This document shows, piece after piece, positions 37,061 to 45,947 of a DNA stretch of 61,413 bases. Position numbers and translations under genes: made by a program. Each line of letters begins with the position of its first letter. Position 1 is the stretch's first letter. A model generated the notes under the pieces. The model ran no database searches. It saw only the letters and a program-made list of their open reading frames with translations, and was not told where the DNA came from. Source of the DNA: an uncultured Woeseia sp. (GTDB taxonomy: Bacteria; Pseudomonadota; Gammaproteobacteria; Steroidobacterales; Woeseiaceae); assembly GCA_964633055.1 (NCBI GenBank), contig CAZWEW010000001.1, positions 1 to 61,413 of the forward strand, read 5' to 3'.

Positions 37061-38011
37061 CTACCTGTCGGTGGCTGATAGCGGCAGTTCCTCTTCGGCA
37101 ATGGTAAGTAATTGCCGGATGATCTCGGGCCGGTTCGGTTGGATATGCATTCCCTCCGTCCAGCGCAGAATCTTCGGCTCGCCGGCGGCTCTGAACAGGG
37201 CTTCGGTTTCTCCGGCCGGTGTGCGCTCGTCTTCGCGCGCACCGATGACGATGACGGGTCTGGGGGCAATGCGCGCGACATTGGTCGCGGTGTTAAAGGT
37301 GGGGCCGTAGGCGAGCCAGTGCAGCAACGTTGCGGCTGGTCCGTGCAGAAGACGGATTTCGTTCCTGCGCGCGACCTGTATCTCCAGCCAAGCCCGGTTG
37401 TCGGCGGCGCCGTGGACGAGCATCGTCACGTCGATTCGGGGATCGCGGGCAGCAACCAGAGCGGCGAACGGCACGCCAAGGCTGGCGCCCACGAGTACCA
37501 GCTGGTCTTGATCTGCCCAGGGTTGTTGCTCGAGCCAGTCCAGGATCAGCGAAACGGCGGGTGGCGTGTCGCGAAATGCCTTTCTGGCCAACGGTACCGT
37601 GGCGATTATCCGTCGCCATCCGTGAACCTTCTCAGCGCCTTCATACGGATAGTCGATTGCGACGACAGCCCGGTCACCGACATTGCCGAATAATTCGACG
37701 GCGTCGCTGCCGGTACGATGACCTCCCAGGATGATCATCACCGGCAATTGGGTCGTCGGCTCGGCTGGTCGTATCAGCCGGAAAAGAACGGAAAGCCCCG
37801 ACGTCGAGGTCGCCGTGGCTAGCCGGGAAAGCTGACCGTTACCGTCAATTATGGCATCGCCACGGACGTTTTCGAGGTCGGCGTGCCGTGCTTTGAAGTA
37901 GTCTTCCAGTGGCATGGCTGAATCGATTATGAGCCAGACAAGCGACACGATAGCCATCGCCACAAGCGGGACGAGTCCATAACAAAGGATGATTCGCAGG
38001 CGTTTTCGCAT
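37061..38011 (-). CDS. Membrane-anchored alpha/beta hydrolase
   Basis: Trimmed to ATG 38011 (MRKRLRIILCYGLVPLVAMAIVSLVWLII, a TM anchor), giving 316 aa. It has the nucleophile elbow GASLG and His/Asp contexts downstream. Confidence 0.65.
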   Translation of the reverse strand: MRKRLRIILCYGLVPLVAMAIVSLVWLIIDSAMPLEDYFKARHADLENVRGDAIIDGNGQLSRLATATSTSGLSVLFRLIRPAEPTTQLPVMIILGGHRTGSDAVELFGNVGDRAVVAIDYPYEGAEKVHGWRRIIATVPLARKAFRDTPPAVSLILDWLEQQPWADQDQLVLVGASLGVPFAALVAARDPRIDVTMLVHGAADNRAWLEIQVARRNEIRLLHGPAATLLHWLAYGPTFNTATNVARIAPRPVIVIGAREDERTPAGETEALFRAAGEPKILRWTEGMHIQPNRPEIIRQLLTIAEEELPLSATDR

Positions 38012-38099
38012 GACTGAAGCCTCTGTTCGCAGGCGTAACAAGTCAACTGCTGACAAGCCGGCGGGGCTGCGCTAAGTTTAGCCGTCTGACTTGTTGCCC

Positions 38100-39863
38100 A
38101 TGAAGAACACTATGTCACAAACCGGAAAAATCACCGTATCGCTACTCCTGCTCCTGTTGGTGGCTTGCTCTCCCGATCCTCAGTCCGTCAGCGCAGTTGG
38201 CGGCGCTGACCTGATCCTGATCAATGGTCGTGTCTATACCCTCAACTGGGACGAGCCGTCTCCGGATGGTACTGCGTCGGACAATGCGCCGATCAACGAC
38301 ACTGGCTGGTATCCGGATGCTGAGGCCGTCGCAACCAAAGGCGACGAGATTATCTTCGTGGGCGGGACGACCGATGCACTCGAATTTCGCGGTGAAGCGA
38401 CGCGCGTGGTCGATCTCGCGGGGGCAACGGTCATACCGGGGCTGGTCGACTCGCATACCCATGTCTACGGCCTGGGTGCGAGGCTCGATTCCATCGACCT
38501 TACCGAGGCCGAAAGCGAAGAAGATGCCGTTGTGCTGGTTGCCGAACGAGTCCGTTCGACGCCGCCTGGCGAATGGGTCATCGGTCGCGGTTGGGACGAG
38601 GGTGCATGGGCGGACCGCTATCCCGACAAGGCACTGCTTAGCCAAGCAGCGCCCGACAACCCGGTCTTCATGGGCAGCCTGCACGGGTTCGCAGCTTGGG
38701 TGAACCAGGCGGCGCTCGACGCCGGTGGTATTACCACCGAGACAGAGGATCCGGCGGGCGCCGAACCGTGACAAGACGACGAAGGAAAACAACGTGCACA
38801 CGCCCTCACGCGAGAAACGACGGTACGCAAGAAAAAACTAGCATCGACGTCACTGAAGACACGGCTGAACCGATGGGTCATCGGACTTCAACAGATGGCC
38901 GAAGACGGTTACGTTGCGGTCCACGAGGCCGGGCTTGGCACTGAAGCCATGGAAGCGCTCGAGCAACTCGAGGCAGAAGGCCGTTTGCCGATTCGGGTAT
39001 ACGGCATGTTGTCTCTGCGGGACGAAGTGCTGATCCGGAAATGGCTTGAGAAAGGGCCCGACACAGACAACGATAGCATGCTGGTCACGCGCGCCGTCAA
39101 AGCTTATTACGATGGCGCACTCGGGTCTCGCGGCGCGCGGATGCTCTATGACTATTCGGACATGCCCGGTCACCGTGGCGTCAGTGGTGACGGCTACGGC
39201 TTTAATCAGGCACTGAATGCCGAGGTCATGAAAGCCGGATTTCAGGTTGCCATTCATGCGATTGGTGATGCTGGCAATCGCGAGTCCTTGGATATCCTGG
39301 AGGCGGTATTCGAAGATCATCCTTCCACGCGCAACAATCGGCATCGCATCGAGCATGCGCAGGTCATACATCCCGATGACATACCCAGACTGGGACAGCT
39401 CGGTATCATCGCTTCGATGGAACCGCCGCACGCAATGGAAGACAAGACCTGGGCCGAGGAACGGGTGGGACCGGAGCGGATAGTCGGGGCTTACGCGTGG
39501 CGCTCGCTTCGTGAGACAGGTGCCGGACTGACGTTTAACTCGGACAACCCAGGCTCGGACCACAATATCTTTTACGGGATGCACTCGGCGATTACGCGAC
39601 AGGACAAGAACCTGCAGCCTGAGGGGGGCTGGTACCCCGAGCAGAAGATGAGTTCGGACGAAGTCGTTCGCGGCTATACGAGTTGGTCCGCGCACGCGAG
39701 TTTTCGGGAGGACGTGACCGGAATCATCGAAACTGGCCGCTGGGCGGATCTGACTGTAATGGATGTCGATCCGTTTGTGCTTGCGGATGAAATCCCGTCC
39801 GATATTCTCAACGGGCGAATACTGATGACCATCGTGGCTGGCCACGTCGTATTCGAGCGATAA
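38100..39863 (+). pseudogene. Lipoprotein amidohydrolase-3 (YtcJ-like) gene interrupted by one in-frame TGA at 38769-38771
   Basis: ATG 38100 opens with MKNTMSQTGKITVSLLLLLLVAC (lipobox), followed by PGLVDSHTHV. The track ORFs 38091..38771 and 38895..39863 are in the same frame. My translation of 38772-38894 in that frame has no further stop. The whole region is colinear with the paralogue at 59848..61383. Confidence 0.75.
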
Positions 39864-39943
39864 GGCACGTTCGTCCGGAGCCCGGCACCGATATCGACTT
39901 GGCGTATACTGTCGCCCGCCCAGGATCACAGAGGCCGGTAGCA

Positions 39944-41860
39944 GTGAAACTGAATAACACGATAAATCGCCGTGATTTCGTCAACGGCTGCGCGCTGAGT
40001 CTTGCCGCGGGGACCTCGCTTTCCCCCCTGGAAGCCATCGCGCAGGACCTTCTCGATCCGGCGGCATTGCCTCCTGACTATTACCCGCCGACACGGCAAG
40101 GTATGCGGGGCAGTCATGACGGTTCATTCGAGGTCGCACATGCAACGCGCGACGGTATCGCCTACAGCTCAGTTGACTCCGGTGATCGTGCCTACGATCT
40201 GGTTGTCGTTGGTGGCGGGCTGAGCGGTCTATCGGCAGCGTATTTCTTCCGCAAGCAGTATGGGCCCGATGCGCGAATTCTCGTGATAGACAATCACGAC
40301 GATTTTGGCGGGCACGCGAAACGCAACGAGTTCTGGCACAACGGCCGGATGCACTTGGTCAATGGTGGCACGCTGAATGTGGAAGCGCCGTCACAATACA
40401 GCACGGTGGCTGCAGGCTTGCTCTGGGAGCTCGGGATCGACCGTCAGCGTTACTTCGCGAAGAACCGCGGCATGTGGTCGAACTATGGCGACATGGGGCT
40501 CAAGGGCAGCATGTTCTACGATCGCGAGACCTTCGGTGAAGACAAACTTGTTGTCGGTTACGGTGATATGCCGATCAGTGAGTTTATCCGGCAGGCGCCT
40601 GTCAGCCTGGAGGTGCAGCTGGATGCCGTTCGGCTGTATGAAGAGCAGAAGGACTATCTTCCGGGGCTGAACGCTGACGAGAAACGGCAGATGCTCACCC
40701 GGATGAGCTATCGCGATTACGTCGTCAACATCGTCGGCTGCCACCCGGACGTGATGCATCTCTTTGACACGACGCAGCTTGGCATTTTTGTCACGGCGAT
40801 GGATGCTATCCCGGCCATCTACTGTCGGGAAATGGGTTATCCCGGCTTCGATGGCATGAATCTCGGTGAGATTTCACCGAACCAGCTTGCTAACGAGCCT
40901 GGTGGACAGCATGGTCGTGAAAATCAGGCGCGCGCCCAAAGTGGCGATCCGGACATGTACTTCCCCGATGGTAACGCGACGATCACGCGCCTCTTGGTCA
41001 GCTCGCTGATTCCTGACGCGGTGTCGGCCAATACGATGGAGGACATCGTTTCGGCGAAAGTCGATTACAGTCTGCTCGACCGAGATGACAACAAGGTTCG
41101 TATCCGGTTGAACAGCACCGTTACCGACGTTTCTCATGTTAGTGATAGCCAGGTCGAGACGACCTATGTACTGGACGGAGACGCCTACACGGTGACGAGC
41201 AATAATGTTGTGCTCGCCTGCTGGAACATGGTGATTCCGCATATCTGCCGGGAGCTACCCCAGGCTCAACGGGGAGCACTGTCCTACGGCCAGAAGTCGC
41301 CGCTCGTCTACACGGGTGTGCTGGTCTCGAACTGGCAGCCCTGGGTCGAAGCCGGCATATCCCGGGTCTCAGCACCGGGCGGATACCATCCGAGTATCGG
41401 TCTGCAACCGATGCTGGAAATGGGCGACTACCGGACGGCCCGGTCGCCCGACGAGCCGATCGTTGTCCGCATGTCGACGTATTTCTACGAGCCGGGACAT
41501 TCACGAAGGGAACAACATCGAATTGGCCGAAACCGTATGCTCATGACGCCTTTCGAGACTTTCGAACACCATATTCGTGACCAGTTGTCCCGAATACTCG
41601 GCCCGACCGGCTTCGATGACGAGCGGGACATACTCGGTATCACCGTCAACCGCTGGCCGCATGGTTATACGTATTCCTACAATCCACTGTTCGACCCGGA
41701 ATCGTGGGCATTCACGACCACGCCCGAGCGGCCCTGCGTGATGGCGCGCCAGCGCTCAGGCCGAATCGCGATTGCGAATTCCGATGCAGCCGCCAGCCCG
41801 CACACGGATGCTGCGATCAACGAGGCTTACAGGGCGGTTACCGAGTTGCTCGATTCCTGA
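39944..41860 (+). CDS. Tat-signal FAD/NAD(P)-binding amine-oxidoreductase (spermidine-dehydrogenase-like)
   Basis: I prefer GTG 39944, with a GAGG Shine-Dalgarno 9 nt upstream, giving MKLNNTINRRDFVNGCALSLAAG (twin-arginine) and 638 aa. It has a YYPPTRQGMRGSHDGSFEVAH stretch and the dinucleotide fold DLVVVGGGLSGLSAAYFF. The track start is TTG 39899. Confidence 0.8.
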   Translation: MKLNNTINRRDFVNGCALSLAAGTSLSPLEAIAQDLLDPAALPPDYYPPTRQGMRGSHDGSFEVAHATRDGIAYSSVDSGDRAYDLVVVGGGLSGLSAAYFFRKQYGPDARILVIDNHDDFGGHAKRNEFWHNGRMHLVNGGTLNVEAPSQYSTVAAGLLWELGIDRQRYFAKNRGMWSNYGDMGLKGSMFYDRETFGEDKLVVGYGDMPISEFIRQAPVSLEVQLDAVRLYEEQKDYLPGLNADEKRQMLTRMSYRDYVVNIVGCHPDVMHLFDTTQLGIFVTAMDAIPAIYCREMGYPGFDGMNLGEISPNQLANEPGGQHGRENQARAQSGDPDMYFPDGNATITRLLVSSLIPDAVSANTMEDIVSAKVDYSLLDRDDNKVRIRLNSTVTDVSHVSDSQVETTYVLDGDAYTVTSNNVVLACWNMVIPHICRELPQAQRGALSYGQKSPLVYTGVLVSNWQPWVEAGISRVSAPGGYHPSIGLQPMLEMGDYRTARSPDEPIVVRMSTYFYEPGHSRREQHRIGRNRMLMTPFETFEHHIRDQLSRILGPTGFDDERDILGITVNRWPHGYTYSYNPLFDPESWAFTTTPERPCVMARQRSGRIAIANSDAAASPHTDAAINEAYRAVTELLDS

Positions 41861-42032
41861 CATTGCGATGACGAATTATTCGTGTGGTTGATACCGGACC
41901 TTCTCCATGGCGTCGTTGAAGTCCCGTTGGGAATTTCCTGCTCCCAGGTAGTTGAGATGCATCACCTCGTTGAGATCGGCATGCATGGAACCCGCATTGA
42001 GGGCGTTTGCAGGGCATGAAATACTGACGCTT

Positions 42033-42779
42033 ATGAAGCTGATTTTCTCATTCCTCGCGATACTCATAGCGAACGCGGCTACTGCCGCTGATCGTGACGC
42101 AACGCAGATCGTTCGCGATGCGCTTAACCACTGGCGCGGGCTGTCCTCGCATGGTGAGATGACAATGACGATCCACCGCCCGGACTGGGAGCGGACGTTG
42201 TCGATGGAATCTTGGTCTGAGGGAGAAAAGTTGTCGCTTGTTCGCGTGACGGCGCCGCGCAAGGACCGCGGCAACGGGACGCTGATCGACGACGACCGTA
42301 TGTGGACGTTCTCACCGAAAATCAATCGGGTGATCAAGGTGCCGTCCTCGATGATGAGCCAGAGCTGGATGGGATCAGACTTCTCGAACAAGGATATCTC
42401 GCGAACTGACGATATTATCGAGCAGTACGATCACACCTTGTTGAGCGAGATCGAGAACGACGGGTATGCTGTCTACGAGATTCAGTCGGTGCCACTCGAA
42501 GAAGCGGCCGTTGTCTGGGGTCGGGAGGTGCTGATGATTCGGGAAGACAACGTCATGATCGAACAACGCTTCTACGATCAGGACAACATCCTCGTCAAGA
42601 TTTTGCGTACGCTCGAGATACGTGAAATGGGTGGCCGCAGTGTCGCCGCTCGGCAGCGTATGGAGAAGCAAGCGTCACCGAATGAGTGGACGGAAATCAC
42701 GCTGGACTCGATCCGCTTTGACATCGAATTCGGCGACAACGTCTTTACACTTTCGAACCTGCGCAATCCACGCAACTAG
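42033..42779 (+). CDS. Secreted LolA-like / outer-membrane lipoprotein-sorting-like protein
   Basis: Trimmed to ATG 42033, giving 248 aa. The signal peptide MKLIFSFLAILIANAATAA has no lipobox Cys. The stretch RMWTFSPKINRVIKVPSSMMSQSWMGSDFSNKD is typical of LolA_like proteins found next to FtsX-type ABC systems. Confidence 0.7.
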   Translation: MKLIFSFLAILIANAATAADRDATQIVRDALNHWRGLSSHGEMTMTIHRPDWERTLSMESWSEGEKLSLVRVTAPRKDRGNGTLIDDDRMWTFSPKINRVIKVPSSMMSQSWMGSDFSNKDISRTDDIIEQYDHTLLSEIENDGYAVYEIQSVPLEEAAVVWGREVLMIREDNVMIEQRFYDQDNILVKILRTLEIREMGGRSVAARQRMEKQASPNEWTEITLDSIRFDIEFGDNVFTLSNLRNPRN

Positions 42780-42791
42780 TCGGGTTTTCCA

Positions 42792-44021
42792 ATGAATATC
42801 ACGCTGAGACTGGCCTGGCGAAACCTGTGGCGCCAGCCGCGGCGTACCTGGCTGACGATTGGAGCGATGGTGTTCTCGAATGCACTACTGGTCTTCGTGA
42901 TGTCGCTGCAGTTTGGCACGTACGAACTCATGATTGACAACACGCTGAAGGCGTTTACCGGCCATTACCAGGTTCAGGCACCCAGATACAAGGATGACGC
43001 AAAGATGCGCCAGGTCGTCCCCCGTGCCCAGCAAATCTCGTCCGACATCAGGAGGACGACGGGCCTGGAAACGGTCGCTGTGCGATCGGCAGCATTCGCA
43101 CTTGTGTCCAGCGAGGATCGCAGCTATGGGATCCAGGTGTTCGGTGTCGATCCTGTCAACGAGCCGGGTGTGTCGACCATTCCAGGCCTCGTTGCAGAAG
43201 GGCGTTTTCCGGCTGACTACGATGCACCTGAGATCGTCGTCGGGTCCGTTCTCGCACGAAACCTCATGGTCAGACCCGGCGACGAGCTGACAATTCTTGG
43301 CAGCGGACGGGACGGTTCGTTCGCCGCCGCTGTTGCAACGGTCGTCGGAATTTTCGACAGTGGCGTGTCCGACATGAATCGGTCAATCGCGGAGATGCCA
43401 ATCGGGTTTTTCAACGATGTGTTCTCCATGGGCGATTCGGCGCATGCCATTGTTGTAATGACACCTTCACTCGCCGTTATCGAAGACTACCGGTCGAGGC
43501 TGGAAGCGGTCGTTGCAGGTTACGACGACGTTGTATTGCAGGACTGGGATACGCTGCAGCCGGGCCTTCGACAGGCGATTCAGGCCGACCTGTCCGGCGC
43601 GTTTTTCATGTATAGCGTGCTGGTGATTCTGGTCGCGTTCAGCGTGATGAATACGCAACTCATGTCAGTACTTGAGCGAACCCACGAATTCGGGATCGCC
43701 ATGTCGCTTGGCCTGACACCGGGTCGGCTCGGGAGACTGGTCATTCTCGAAACGTCGTTGATGGGCGTTGCGGGAATGCTGATCGGTATCGTCGTCGGTG
43801 GGCTCATCACGATCTGGTTTACCTACAACGGTTTCAGTTATCCGGGGATGGATCAGCTGGCGGCCAATTTCAATCTGCCGTCGCAATTCTACCCGCAGAT
43901 TTCGGCGTTGACCTTGTTCGCTGGTCCCGCCGTCGTTTTCATAGGGTCGATAATATCCGCGCTGTACCCGGCACTACGTCTTCACTGTTTACACCCCGTC
44001 GAAGCGATGAGCGCGGTCTAG
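42792..44021 (+). CDS. ABC transporter permease, FtsX / MacB-LolCE type (copy 1)
   Basis: 409 aa. The N-terminus is LRLAWRNLWRQPRRTWLTIGA. A large periplasmic domain lies between TM1 and TM2, and three C-terminal TMs form the FtsX domain. Confidence 0.85.
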   Translation: MNITLRLAWRNLWRQPRRTWLTIGAMVFSNALLVFVMSLQFGTYELMIDNTLKAFTGHYQVQAPRYKDDAKMRQVVPRAQQISSDIRRTTGLETVAVRSAAFALVSSEDRSYGIQVFGVDPVNEPGVSTIPGLVAEGRFPADYDAPEIVVGSVLARNLMVRPGDELTILGSGRDGSFAAAVATVVGIFDSGVSDMNRSIAEMPIGFFNDVFSMGDSAHAIVVMTPSLAVIEDYRSRLEAVVAGYDDVVLQDWDTLQPGLRQAIQADLSGAFFMYSVLVILVAFSVMNTQLMSVLERTHEFGIAMSLGLTPGRLGRLVILETSLMGVAGMLIGIVVGGLITIWFTYNGFSYPGMDQLAANFNLPSQFYPQISALTLFAGPAVVFIGSIISALYPALRLHCLHPVEAMSAV

Positions 44022-45251
44022 ATGAACGATCTGAAAATCATTGTGACGCTCGCTTGGCGAAATCTTTGGCGCAACCATCGTCGCACGCTCGTAATGCTGT
44101 CCGCGATCGGCATTGCTGCGTGGGCGATGATCTTCATGACCTCGCTGATACGCGGCATGGTCAACGAGATGTTGAGAGACGGCATCCGGTCGCTGCCCGG
44201 TCATGTCCAGGTCCATCATTCGGATTTTCGTGATGATCCAAGCGTTGGAAACCTGGTGGGGATGACCAGTGCCGATATTGGAACGGCCCTGGCGGACGCT
44301 GGTATCGAGCGGTACTCGGCCCGGATCCGGGTGCCGGCCGTGATTTCGAGTGAGCGTGAGTCGCGCGGTGTCCTGCTACTGGGTGTCGATCCGGAACGTG
44401 AAGTTGCGATTGATGCCATCGGCAGTAGCGTGGCCGAAGGACGCACGCTGGAAAGTATCGATGATAACGGCGTCATCATCGGCAGAAAGCTTGCTAAAAA
44501 GCTAGACACGGATATCGGTAAGCGAATCGTGCTGATGAGCCAGGACCCCGATAATGAAGTCGCTGACCGCGGTTTTCGTGTCGTGGGGTTGTACGAAGCC
44601 AGCTTGGCAGCGCAGGAAGAGGCTTTTGTCTTCGCAGGTCGAGCGACCATACAGCGTATGCTCCGGATCGATGACAGCGTCAGCGAGGTCGCGGTCGTTG
44701 GGGAAGACTATCGGGTCGTCGCGCCACTACTGACGTCGGTTCGTGCGGCGATTGGCGGGCAGGATGAAGTGTTGCCATGGATGGACATCGATAGGTACCT
44801 TGGGACGATGATGGGTGTCATGGATGGATTCGTGCTCGTTTGGGTGATCGTCATCTTCCTTGCGTTGTCATTCGGGCTGGTTAACACGCTCGTCATGGCC
44901 GTGTTTGAACGTGTGCGTGAGATCGGTCTCATGCTCGCCTTGGGTATGCGGCCGGCTAGCATACTGGGGCAAATCGTCGTCGAGTCCCTGTTTCTGCTAG
45001 CACTGGGCTTGGTGATCGGCAATCTATTCGCATACCTGAGCGTTATTCCGTTGACGGACGGCATCGATATTTCAGCAGTTGCGGAGGGTATGGAGATGTT
45101 CGGCGCGTCAAGCGTTCTTTACCCGGAACTGGAATTGCGTGACATGACGACGGCCAATGTCGTCGTTCTCGTGCTGGGTTTACTGGCGAGCCTGTCGCCG
45201 GCGTGGCGTGCGTCCCGCTATGAACCCGTGGAAGCTATAACCAAGGTTTAG
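44022..45251 (+). CDS. ABC transporter permease, FtsX / MacB-LolCE type (copy 2)
   Basis: 409 aa and starts immediately after the copy 1 stop. The N-terminus is VTLAWRNLWRNHRRTLVMLSA, and the topology matches copy 1. Confidence 0.85.
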   Translation: MNDLKIIVTLAWRNLWRNHRRTLVMLSAIGIAAWAMIFMTSLIRGMVNEMLRDGIRSLPGHVQVHHSDFRDDPSVGNLVGMTSADIGTALADAGIERYSARIRVPAVISSERESRGVLLLGVDPEREVAIDAIGSSVAEGRTLESIDDNGVIIGRKLAKKLDTDIGKRIVLMSQDPDNEVADRGFRVVGLYEASLAAQEEAFVFAGRATIQRMLRIDDSVSEVAVVGEDYRVVAPLLTSVRAAIGGQDEVLPWMDIDRYLGTMMGVMDGFVLVWVIVIFLALSFGLVNTLVMAVFERVREIGLMLALGMRPASILGQIVVESLFLLALGLVIGNLFAYLSVIPLTDGIDISAVAEGMEMFGASSVLYPELELRDMTTANVVVLVLGLLASLSPAWRASRYEPVEAITKV

Positions 45252-45254
45252 ATT

Positions 45255-45947
45255 ATGAGTGCTGTTCGTTGTATCGATCTTTGCAAGACCTACCGCCAGG
45301 GCGACCAGGATATCAAAGCCCTTGATCACGTCGACATGGTCATCACGCAGGGCGATCTTGTCTGCCTGTCTGCACCATCGGGTGGCGGCAAAACCACGTT
45401 ACTCAATGCTATCGGCGGACTGGACATTCCTGACAGTGGCGAGGTCTGGATTGCGGACCAGCGCATCGACAACCTGTCGAAGGGGGCGCTTGCGGCGTTG
45501 CGCCTGACGCAGATTGGTTTCGTGTTCCAGGCCTATAACCTGGTGCCCGTGCTTACGGCGCGCGAGAATGTCGAGTTCGTCATGCAGGTCCAGGGCGTGC
45601 CTGCAGGCGAGCGCGGAGACAAGTCGCAGGCCATTCTGGAAGAAGTCGGGCTTGCCGGGCTAGCGGACCGGCGTCCGGCCGAGATGTCCGGCGGTCAGCA
45701 GCAGCGTGTGGCCATTGCGCGGGCCATCGTATCCCGCCCGGCACTGGTACTGGCGGATGAGCCCACGGCCAACCTGGATTCAAGGGCCGCGGACGAACTC
45801 ATGGCGCTGTTCGTCGAGTTGAACGAGCACCGCAACACGACGTTTGTCATTGCAACACACGACCAGCGGGTCATGGCTTACGCAAAGCGTTTAATCAAGA
45901 TGCTGGACGGACGGATTGTCGACGATATCGAACAACACGCTGCTTAG
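45255..45947 (+). CDS. ABC transporter ATP-binding protein (LolD / MacB-NBD type)
   Basis: 230 aa. It has Walker A (PSGGGKTT), the signature MSGGQQQRVAIARA, Walker B (LVLADEPT) and an H-loop (ATHD). Confidence 0.9.
   Translation: MSAVRCIDLCKTYRQGDQDIKALDHVDMVITQGDLVCLSAPSGGGKTTLLNAIGGLDIPDSGEVWIADQRIDNLSKGALAALRLTQIGFVFQAYNLVPVLTARENVEFVMQVQGVPAGERGDKSQAILEEVGLAGLADRRPAEMSGGQQQRVAIARAIVSRPALVLADEPTANLDSRAADELMALFVELNEHRNTTFVIATHDQRVMAYAKRLIKMLDGRIVDDIEQHAA

Noticed and set aside
38769-38830. Selenocysteine or alternative genetic code as the explanation for the in-frame TGA
   Set aside because: I could not find a convincing stem-loop in the roughly 50 nt after the TGA; the best is a 4-bp CGTG/CACG pairing. 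The aligned residue in the paralogue is Glu, not Cys. TGA clearly functions as a stop elsewhere in the window, for example at tctC, the ureohydrolase and the SSS gene.
41876-42391. 171-aa minus-strand ORF overlapping the start of the LolA-like gene
   Set aside because: It overlaps a motif-supported plus-strand gene, has no motif or signal, and its composition is shadow-like.
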